Shown piece by piece: positions 48,901-57,080 of a stretch of 64,000 nucleotides of DNA. Source of the stretch: Scyliorhinus canicula (Eukaryota); NCBI RefSeq assembly GCF_902713615.1, contig NW_024055720.1:1-64000 (forward strand), read 5' to 3'. Each line of letters starts with the position of its first letter. Position 1 is the stretch's first letter. The position numbers and the translations under genes were made by a program. The notes beneath the pieces were generated by a model. It made no database searches. It had not been told where the DNA came from and saw only the letters and a program-made list of their open reading frames with translations.

Positions 48901-50130
48901 TTCGATCTCGCGTTTGCCGTGCGTGATGACTGTTCCCAAATACATCACTTTACTTTCCAATATTTGGGCCTTTTTCGGGTTAACTTTACAGCCAATTTCA
49001 GTTAAGAGTTCCAGGAGTTCGGCCAGAAGCGAAATGTGCTCTGCCTTTGTGTCTGTCTGCAGTAGTAGGTCGTCTACATACTGTACCAGACATTCGGGTC
49101 GGGAAAATTTCTCTAATCCACTTGCCAGCTGTCGGTGGAAAATGGAGGGTGAATTGTGGAATCCTTGTGGGAGGCATGTCCACGTGTACTTCTGAGTTTT
49201 AAAAGTGAATGCGAATTTGTATTGGCACGCTTTTGCCAATGGTATGGACCAGAATCCATTACTGATGTCCAATACCGTGAAGTACTTGGCGTTGAGACCC
49301 TGCTTGAGCATGGTCTCGGGACTAGTAGCTACCGTTGGGGCTACTGCGGGGGTTACTTTGTTGAGTTCCCGATAATCGATGGTCAGACGCCATGATCCAT
49401 CGGGCTTCCTCACTGGCCAAATAGGGGCATTGTTGGTGGAGGCTACCGTTCTCAGTACACCTTGGTCCAACAAGCTGCCTATAACCTTTTCTATTTCCAC
49501 CTCTGCCTCGAGGGGAAATCTATACTGCTTTTGCGGTCGGGGGTCCTGTCCGGTAACATGAACTTGTCCAGTCATTCTGCCACAGTCATGATGGTGACTT
49601 GCAAATGCTGTCCTGTGTTTGTTTAGTAGGGCCTTAATTTGTCGGTCGGTGTGGAGCGTAGTCAGGTCGAATGAGTACTCTCCCACTGCGCTAATCCGAT
49701 TAGCGTAGTCTCCTACTGTGAGGGTGGCTGGGGCTCTGTCGGATCTCGCCATTCGCCAGACACACTGGTTCACTGGGTCGAACGACAAGCTGTGTGCGTT
49801 CATGAAATCGATCCCCAGGATGTGTTCTGCTGTCCGGGGAAGATTTACTAAAACTACGGGGTGCCTTGTGCTAATGTTCCCTAGCTGGATCGCTACGGGT
49901 GCTGTGATATGTCCCTGCTGCGAGTGTCCGGTGAACCCGCTAAGTGTGATGGTGGAGGTGGTCGGCCACGTGTCTGCGTGTGCCGTGGTTGTGGAGTTAA
50001 TGGTGGTGCGGGATCCTCCTGTGTCCCACAGTAACTCTATGGGCTTCCCTTTGACTTTTGCCGTGACTACGGGCCTCCCTGATGAGTCCCATAGTGTGTC
50101 ACAGACCCAAGTGGGGGAGCCCGAACACCG
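45904..50130 (-). CDS. pol: Pol (PR-RT-tether-RNase H-IN), in frame with gag after a UGA
   Basis: LLWDTGG protease (50017-50025); LPQGFHNSP and YVDD in RT; degenerate RH; second RH with YVDGSS / AELAA / YSDS / KADALA; HHCC, D-D-E and GPY integrase motifs. Confidence 0.95.
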   Translation of the reverse strand, partial: RCSGSPTWVCDTLWDSSGRPVVTAKVKGKPIELLWDTGGSRTTINSTTTAHADTWPTTSTITLSGFTGHSQQGHITAPVAIQLGNISTRHPVVLVNLPRTAEHILGIDFMNAHSLSFDPVNQCVWRMARSDRAPATLTVGDYANRISAVGEYSFDLTTLHTDRQIKALLNKHRTAFASHHHDCGRMTGQVHVTGQDPRPQKQYRFPLEAEVEIEKVIGSLLDQGVLRTVASTNNAPIWPVRKPDGSWRLTIDYRELNKVTPAVAPTVATSPETMLKQGLNAKYFTVLDISNGFWSIPLAKACQYKFAFTFKTQKYTWTCLPQGFHNSPSIFHRQLASGLEKFSRPECLVQYVDDLLLQTDTKAEHISLLAELLELLTEIGCKVNPKKAQILESKVMYLGTVITHGKREIEFKRIDSIVKLPLPQNVSALRSFLGLVGYCRNHIDGFATKAAPLSDLLKKGAPWEWLPQHTEAVEELKRALSAAPALLVPDQLSPYAIEVASTDLTLSAVLLQERHEQLRPVAYASRLLDPVEQGFSACERHLLAVFWAVQYFSYITGLNPITILTEHTPTQLLLDGRLKDGSVSQIRAARWTLLLQGRDITVKRTRTHTYLADNLQYPGQPHDCEIVAPLHNTGPFLAKTPPRKIGNPKQSPQPTDTCGPLRIYVDGSSTVLNGERITGCGIYVEDAQGRALEEIALKLPGHLGAQAAELAAIAYIVDHPDSFPSPADIYSDSLYVCNSLTDFLPLWRTRGFVSADGKPLPSAPLLQHILEKAKDRTFGIIKVCSHHRSSPPGNVKADALAKAGSRRGHLWTPPASAPASAPVSAVQVSQTDIKDLVAAQKQDGDLREVFKGNFVPAYEHFKHALTTHEGVIIKDRLYVVPQQDRNQMIALFHDGHGHQGIDATTRHLRQLCWWPNLRNDVTHYIENCLICAQNNPERYSKKAQLRHTRPVNGPWTNLQIDFIGPLPPCRNGYKYVLVVIDTFTKWVEAFPSRTNTAKTAAKILTHHIFTRWGLPRSIDSDQGSHFTGRVMRNVLTIFGIKQNFHIAYHPQSSGIVERMNRTLKTTLRKMVQENNSTWDSVLPFALMFIRNTVSTSTGYTPHTLMTGRPMKGTEFLLGLDMTSPEVTALTHEKAVKDLVETVRSAQLAAAVQLGKRRQQRTACFNNTVHTTEFQVGQQVMLSVYNPSSFLAPKYSGPYSISDKISPSVYRIKYPNGKTAWFHINQLKAYGTQANHAHHVLLDAAEHFTPPTRNTFPPSPSQTSSSTDSPTTPPTDHYRPRPDTPTSCHSRDSRTDTDSEDSDSTQPYSPHCTNYDPDSSDPMEVTYLKNPEPPPDPDYPDNTLDATQWHRDNSYRLVRNDESDPRSHNSKIACLIHTRVWDPGEQDDTVSDSRHGNPFVTLFTEAESK

Positions 50131-51879
50131 TCAGTTCGTCTCGTCCACATTGGTGGGTCCTGACTGTACTGCTACATTGTGGATGGGTTTTGCCTTACTG
50201 CGGTTCAGAGTGCCTGTCTGCTGGCCTCTCTGAGATCGCTGGGGTGCATTACACTCTTTTGCCCAATGCCCTAACTGTCCACAGTTATAGCATTCCTGTC
50301 CTTTCTGTTGAGGGCTGCTCTTGCCTTCATTTACCCATGCGGGCTTCTGGTGCTCTCTGACTGCTTGGATATCTGCAGCAGCCTGAGCCTCTTCTGGGGA
50401 TCTAACCTTTCCTTTTGCCTGAAGCGATTGCTCCCAAGCGCGGGACAATCTTTTCAGGACCCATTTTTCGTTATGGGCCTCTTCTGAGGGGTCGTAATTA
50501 TTGCAAGCGCTCTGTCCTGCTTCTGTTGCGTGTGAGATAATTGTGCGCGTCCACTTAACCATGTTTTCGCGGGTTAAATGCGCTCTATCTAGCTGTCCGA
50601 AAACTGCGCTGAAGTGAATCCACAGCCTTCCTGCGAATGCTGTGGGGTGTTCGGATCTCTTCTGCCTGCACTTATTCAAGCCTTCTACGGGGTCACCTCT
50701 ATTGTACCCGATGGCATCTAAAATGGCAGTGTGCATCTCCTCTAGGCTGCCTCCTGCCACGTTTTGTGGGTCGGGGAGGGCTGCCACTACACTCTGGTCT
50801 AAGCTCAGCACGGTGAGCTTAACCTGCTCTCTCTCATCCAGGCCGTACATGGTAGCCTGCTGTTTTACTTTAGCGAAAAACTGGTGGGGGTCTGCGGTGG
50901 GGAGGAACGGAGTGATCTTTTCACAAGCGTCCCTTAGCTGGGTTACTGTTAAAGGGGTGGTGTAAGTTATGTCTGGGGCGCCTTCTGATTCGGCTTTCCT
51001 CTGTGTGGTTACGGGATTCATGGGTGCGGTTATGATCTGAGCTGGGGGGGGTTGGGGTGCCTGTCGTTTCTGCTGAGCTGCTGGCGCACATGTTCCCTGA
51101 ACATAACGCTGCGCTGTCTCGCTTAATTCCTGCCAATCTGGGGCGTTTTCCCCATCTAACTGAGCTCCAAAGGTGCTTTGGAAGCCATTCTGCACCGAAA
51201 GCAGAGATTGCAGTTCCGCAATCTGTTTCCTGCATTTCGCGTGGTCAACTGTGCTTTGTCTTTGTTCGGTCGTTGCAGCGTGGAGTGCTCTCAAAGCTGC
51301 TTTGAGATCGGAACATTGCCTCTGCAATGCCTCCACCTGCTTTTCCGATTCCTGTCTTATCAGAACGGCACGTTGCACGTCCTGATAGGCTTTCTCATAC
51401 TGGGTCTGGGAACTGTTCAGATGAGCTAGACAAGACTGGTGAGCCCTCTTGGCATCATCCACCTCTCTACCCTTCTCTGCCAACTTCCCTTTTAATTCCA
51501 GGTTTTCTTTCTCGATGTCCCTGACATCGACCTTACTCATTCGGTTCCTTTCCTCTAAATCTGCCCGGAGCGTCCTGATGACCTCCTCTGCGCCTCGCAA
51601 CTGTGCCAAGCAGGACACAATCGCCATCGGCTTGCGTGCTTTACCTAAACTCTTTTTGTGTATCTGAGAGAGGTTCTCCCACCAAGTATGACCTATACTC
51701 CCGGGACCTGTCTCCTCATTTGCACAAAACTCTTTCCAAAGGGGCCATCCCTTTCCTTGTAAATATTTGCGGAGTTCCAGCTCCCACGTGGGACACTGGC
51801 CTACTCTGCTACTGCTGCTGGTCGCTGCGACCACAAACTTTGCTGGATCCATCAGACGTTCCATTGCCTGCATGGCCAT
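50131..51879 (-). CDS. gag: Gag, 582 aa
   Basis: Long central coiled-coil-like region, capsid-like region and one CCHC knuckle CYNCGQLGHWAKEC. Confidence 0.9.
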   Translation of the reverse strand: MAMQAMERLMDPAKFVVAATSSSSRVGQCPTWELELRKYLQGKGWPLWKEFCANEETGPGSIGHTWWENLSQIHKKSLGKARKPMAIVSCLAQLRGAEEVIRTLRADLEERNRMSKVDVRDIEKENLELKGKLAEKGREVDDAKRAHQSCLAHLNSSQTQYEKAYQDVQRAVLIRQESEKQVEALQRQCSDLKAALRALHAATTEQRQSTVDHAKCRKQIAELQSLLSVQNGFQSTFGAQLDGENAPDWQELSETAQRYVQGTCAPAAQQKRQAPQPPPAQIITAPMNPVTTQRKAESEGAPDITYTTPLTVTQLRDACEKITPFLPTADPHQFFAKVKQQATMYGLDEREQVKLTVLSLDQSVVAALPDPQNVAGGSLEEMHTAILDAIGYNRGDPVEGLNKCRQKRSEHPTAFAGRLWIHFSAVFGQLDRAHLTRENMVKWTRTIISHATEAGQSACNNYDPSEEAHNEKWVLKRLSRAWEQSLQAKGKVRSPEEAQAAADIQAVREHQKPAWVNEGKSSPQQKGQECYNCGQLGHWAKECNAPQRSQRGQQTGTLNRSKAKPIHNVAVQSGPTNVDETN

Positions 51880-52174
51880 TTCCTCTGACTCTCTTTTTAT
51901 AATTTGGAACAGGGGGTTGCTGGGGTGGTGTTTCGTAAAAAGGGTACGGCTTACGCTATTTTCCGATCACAAAACTACCGAAAGTTTGTCGCAACAAAAA
52001 GCTTTCAGTTTTACCTTACAGCCCTGTTAGTACGCATGCACTAAACACACTTCCGAATTTCGCTTATTATTTTGAACACCTTGAATACTTGTGATCTCTT
52101 TCTTTCTCTGCAATTTGGAGTTCTGATTCAAATTTCAGGGTCCTGGACACTGTGGTGTTTCCACTTACAACAGG

Positions 52175-52192
52175 ATCCCACCAGAGTCGCCA
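52175..52192 (-). promoter_or_regulatory. Primer-binding site, tRNA-Arg(UCU)-like
   Basis: TGGCGACTCTGGTGGGAT lies 5 nt after the 5' LTR and is complementary to a tRNA 3' end ..UCCCACCAGAGUCGCCA (vertebrate Arg-UCU as recalled). Confidence 0.75.
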
Positions 52193-52197
52193 CTAAA

Positions 52198-53146
52198 TGT
52201 TGCACGTTTTACTATGGGCGTAAAACGCGTTTATTGGAGTGTATTAACACGCCTCCGAGTTCGACGTGTGCTTAACACTGCTAGGCTCTGTTCTATGTAA
52301 TTATTTAGCTCTGGAGTCGCCAGCTGCCGTATAGGCAACGTCACAAGTATTCCAAGGTCAAGTTCAAAGTAATAAAGACAATACACCGATTAGTCAAGTT
52401 CAAACGATCAATATTTATTATACAGTTAATAATAAATACTCATGCACACACTAAGAGACTAAGCTACAACTAAACATAAGCAAACAGAATACTTATCTAA
52501 CAGGAACAGGCAAGGTCAGAGAACGAGGCCTTCGTCCTGGTTTTGTCTGCAGCCTTCAGCAAGCGTTCTGGCACTTGGGAGTCTAGCGGGCTTGGATCGC
52601 GTAGCGAGCGTTGAACTTACGGTTTCGGCGGCTGGTGCTCAACGGCTGGAGTCAGGATACCAGGTGTCAGTCGGGGCCGGAGCACAGGTTTAACAGACCG
52701 GACAACACGAGGTCCCTATCTTTTATAGGGGTTCCGTTGTCCTTCCCTCTTCTCGGGCGGGCTCTACCTATTGGATCAATTTCTTATCGATACTGGATTA
52801 ATTCCCCAATGCGAGGGGGTCTCCGTGATGGAGGGGGCGTTTCTTATGTCCTTTTGTTTGGAGGTTTCTGGTGCCTCGATGTCTGGGTCTTGATTGGAAT
52901 GTGTCCATTCAGAACCAAATGTATCTATTGTGTGGGTGTTCAAGTCTGATGGCCTCATTAGCATGCAAAGCGTTTTGCCATTTGCACCTAGCTAAGGTCT
53001 TTTCACCTGAGCCCAAACTGGTTTCTGCTGCTGCAGAATGCAAACTGCTCTTTGCAGACTGCTGTTCTGGCTGAACTGTCTGTTTCTCAGCAGCCTTCCA
53101 TTTTAGTTTGGCTCAGTGTCCATTTTGCGTGGCCAGCATGGCTACA
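52198..53146 (-). repeat. 5' LTR
   Basis: Only 2 differences from the 3' LTR seen by eye; TATAAAA on the minus strand at 52721-52727. Confidence 0.95.
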
Positions 53147-53435
53147 GACCCAAGCCGGAATCAAACCTGGGACCCTGGAGCTGCGAAGCGATTGTGCTAT
53201 CCACAATGCTACCGTGCTCCCCACGGTAGCAATTAAAAGTCTAATGATGAGCATGAAACCATTGTCGTGTGTAATCAAAACCCATCTGTTCACTGATGTC
53301 CTTCGTAACTAGTCTGACCTACGTATGACTCCAAATGACCCCACAGCAATGTCATTGACTCTGAAATGCCCTCAGGGATGGGTACGATCAGCCAGCGACA
53401 TCCACATCCCATGAACGAATAAAAAGTATTTAGTC

Positions 53436-53670
53436 NNNNNNNNNNNNNNNNNNNNNNNNNNNNNNNNNNNNNNNNNNNNNNNNNNNNNNNNNNNNNNNNN
53501 NNNNNNNNNNNNNNNNNNNNNNNNNNNNNNNNNNNNNNNNNNNNNNNNNNNNNNNNNNNNNNNNNNNNNNNNNNNNNNNNNNNNNNNNNNNNNNNNNNNN
53601 NNNNNNNNNNNNNNNNNNNNNNNNNNNNNNNNNNNNNNNNNNNNNNNNNNNNNNNNNNNNNNNNNNNNNT
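53436..53670. other. Assembly gap (235 N)
   Basis: Run of n. Confidence 1.
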
Positions 53671-54059
53671 TTTTTCATTCATTTGCGCGATATGGCACCA
53701 CTGATTGGTCAGCAATTATGGCCCATTCCAAGTTGCCATTCTGAAGGTGGTGGTGAGCTGCCGTTTGAATCTCTGCGGTCCCTGATATGCAGTTACACCC
53801 ATACTGTATTAGCGAGAGAAATCCAGTATTTTCACCCAGCCACAGTGAAGGAACGGCGATATATTTCCAAGTCAAAGTGTTGAGTGACTTGGTGAGGAAC
53901 CTCCAGGTGTTGGTGTTCCAAAGTATCTGCTGTTCTTGTCCTTGTTGATGGTTGTAGCCGTGGGTCTGGTAGGTGCTGAATATGAAACCATCATTAGTTC
54001 CAACAGTAAATCTTGTGGATGGCAACAATCAAGCGACTGATTTTTCCTGGATGGTACAA

Positions 54060-55235
54060 AGTTAAAGAAAATTACAGCACAGGAACAGGCCCTACGGCCC
54101 TCCCAGCCTCCGCCGATCCAGATCCTTTATCTAAACCTGTTGCCTATTTACCAAGGTCTACTTCTCTCTGTTCCCCACCTGTACATATATCTGCCCAGAT
54201 GCATTTTAAATGATGCTATCGTACCCGCCTCTACCACCTCTGCTGGCAAAGCATTCCAGGCACCCACCACCCTCTGCGTAAAGAACTTTCCATGCACATC
54301 TCCCTTAAACTTTTCACCTCTCACCTTGAAATCGTGACCCCTTGTAACTGACACCCCTACTCTTGGAAAAAGCTTGTTGCTATCCACCCTGTCCATACCT
54401 CTCATAATTTTGTAGACCTCATTCAGGTCTCTCCTCAACCTCCATCTTTCCAACGAAAACAATCCTAATCTACTCAACCTTTCTTCATAGCTAGCACCCT
54501 CCATACCAGGTAACATCCTGGTGAACCTCCTCTGCACCCTCTCCAAGGCATCCACATCCTTCTGGTAACGTGGCGACCAGAACTGCACACAGTATTCCAA
54601 ATGTGGCCTAACCAAAGTCCGATACAACTGTAACATGACCTGCTGACTCTTGTACTCAATACCCAATCCGATGAAGGCAAGCATGCTGTATGCCTCCTTG
54701 ACCACTCTATCAACCTGCGTTGCCACCTTCAGGGTAGAATGGACCTGGACTCCCAGATCTCTCTGGACATCGATTTTCCCCAGGACTCTTCTATTGACCA
54801 TACAGTCTGCTCTTGAGTTAAATCTTCCAAAATGCATCACCTCGCATTTGCCTGGATTGAACTCCATCTGCCATTTCTCTGCCCAACACTCCAATCTATC
54901 TGTATTTTACTGTATTCTCTGACAGGCCGCCTTGCTATCTGCAACTGCATCAATCTCAGTATCATCTGCAAACTTGCTCATCAGACCACTTATACCTTCG
55001 TCCAGATCATTTATATATATCACAAACAACAGTGGTCCGAGCACGGATCCCTGTGGAACACCACTAGTCACCTTTCTCCATTTTGAGACACTCCCTTCCA
55101 CCACTGCACTCTGTCTCCTGTTGCCCAGCCAGTTCTTTACCCATCGAGCTCGTACACCCTGAACCCCATACGACTTCACTTTTTCCATCAACCTGCCATG
55201 GGAAACTTTATCAAATGCTTTACCGATGTCCATGA
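54060..55235 (-). mobile_element. CR1 LINE 3' fragment
   Basis: [43 protein letters not shown]; frameshift at ~54900. Confidence 0.92.
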
Positions 55236-56645
55236 TTGTGGAAAGCTTCTTGAGATTTGTTGAAGCTGCTCTCCAGACAAGTGGAGAGTATTCCATTACA
55301 CTTCAGACTTTTGCCCAGCAGGTGATGGACAGGCTTTGGGCAATCGGGATGTGAGTTACTCGCCACAGGGTTTCTACCCTTTGAACTGCTCTGGCAGCCA
55401 CAGCATTCGTCTGGCTTGTCCAGTTCAGTTTCCGGTCAATGACAACCCCCAGGATGTTGATTGTGCGGTAATCAATGAAAATAAATCTGGCGCATTATTC
55501 TGTGGGGCAAGACTTCAGCCGTGAATGAAATTGAGTCTAACAAAATAATATCAGAGAATGGGCTCAACATAATATAAATGGAGACTTGCTGCAGTTGAAC
55601 AACTGCTCCGAAATGGTGTCTTCTTACATATATAGCAGCATGGATTCATGCATCAATTAATTAATCCGCACATAATGTAATATTAATAGATATAAGGTCT
55701 AATGCAATGATTAAAAAAGAGTCAATTGCAGTAGAGAGAGGTGTTGCTCAGTGCATTTCTGAATGTGACTGCATCTATTTGTTAAAACAGTAAACACAGT
55801 CTCGTGCAGTCATAACTGAGAATGGGTGAATTGTAGTATGTACAGAAACATGGTCCTTCTTATTCAAATGTTTATCTGTAGATAGAATTATATACACAAA
55901 TACAATGCTGGGGGAAAGGTAAAACGAAACATGGTCCTGTACAATCATTCCAGAGACAAGACCAAGTATAATAAAACTTGGTACACGGTTAAGTACAGTG
56001 ATAACTGAAGCAGGGATTAATGTAATACTACGAAACACAATGTGCAGTAAAATATAAATAAATACATGGTCTAACTACAAGTAAAAACTCAACTAGAGTA
56101 AATTATTCAGGCCACAGAAGCATGATCTAATGTATTAATAACTGGAATAATATCTAAAGATATAAACACTGAGAGGGTCTAATTTAGAGAGAACTGAGAA
56201 AGGACCTATTTTGTTTTAAACAGAGATATGGAAGGGTGCGGTAATAAATGAGATGTAACCCATTGCACGATTAATATTATAAAAAGTCTTACAACACCAG
56301 GTTAAAGTCCAACAGGTTTTTTTCAAACCCTCGCTTTCGGAGCACTGCTCCTTCCTCAGGTGAATGAAGAGGTATGTTCCAGAAACATGTATGTAGACAA
56401 TTCAAAGATGCAAGACAATGCTTAGAATGCGAGCATTTGAAGGTAATTAAATTTTTACAGATCTAAATGGATCTTGTGGGGGGGACGACTTACCAGGGGT
56501 AAGCCATGGGGTACGGGCCTCTGGCACGGAGTCTGTCCCTGTTGCTCAGAAGGGAAGGGGGGAAAGGAGTAGAACATTAGTAATTGGGGACTCAATAGTC
56601 AGGGGCACAGATCGGAGATTTTGTGGGAGCGAGAGAGACTCACGT

Positions 56646-57080
56646 TTGGTATGTTGCCTCCCAGGTGCAAGGGTACGTGATGTCTCGGATCGTGTTTTCC
56701 GGGTCCTTAAGGGGGAGGGGGAGCAGCCCCAAGTCGTAGTCCACATTGGCACTAACGACATAGGTAGGAAAGGGGACAAGGATGTCAGGCAGGCCTTTAG
56801 GGAGCTAGGATGGAAGCTCAGAGCGAGAACAAACAGAGTTGTTATCTCTGGGTTGTTGCCCGTGCCACGTGATAGTGAGATGAGGAATAGGGAGAGAGAG
56901 CAATTAAACACGTGGCTACAGGGATGGTGCAGGCGGGAGGGATTCAGATTTCTGGATAACTGGGGCTCTTTCTGGGGAAGGTGGGACCTCTATAGACAGG
57001 ATGGTCTACATCTGAACCTGAGGGGCACCAATATCCTGGGGGGGAGATTTGTTAGTGCTCTTTGGGGGGGTTTAAACTAA
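56646..57080 (+). CDS. CR1 ORF1 C-terminal SGNH esterase domain (partial)
   Basis: CLPGA..VHIGTND..DGLHLN motifs. Confidence 0.85.
   Translation: MVCCLPGARVRDVSDRVFRVLKGEGEQPQVVVHIGTNDIGRKGDKDVRQAFRELGWKLRARTNRVVISGLLPVPRDSEMRNREREQLNTWLQGWCRREGFRFLDNWGSFWGRWDLYRQDGLHLNLRGTNILGGRFVSALWGGLN

Larger units (their letters stand above)
43297..53146 (-). mobile_element. Full-length endogenous retrovirus-like LTR element without env, very recent
   Basis: 949-bp LTRs (TGT..ACA), 4-bp TSD GACC (43293-43296, 53147-53150), PBS, PPT and intact gag and pol. Confidence 0.96.
43017..53230 (-). mobile_element. tRNA-derived SINE (43017-43296 plus 53147-53230) split by the LTR element
   Basis: SINE reads continuously across the GACC TSD (..CAGTGACC|CAAGCCGGAATC..); AATT flanks both ends. 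Confidence 0.85.
38850..53435 (-). repeat. Arm 2 of the inverted duplication, expanded by a MITE, two SINEs and the LTR element
   Basis: As for arm 1; homology resumes after each insertion. Confidence 0.88.

Noticed and set aside
46017-49561. Many short ORFs overlapping pol and gag on both strands
   Set aside because: Shadow frames of a GC-balanced coding region; no motifs.
53290-53715. ORFs spanning the N run
   Set aside because: Gap artefacts.
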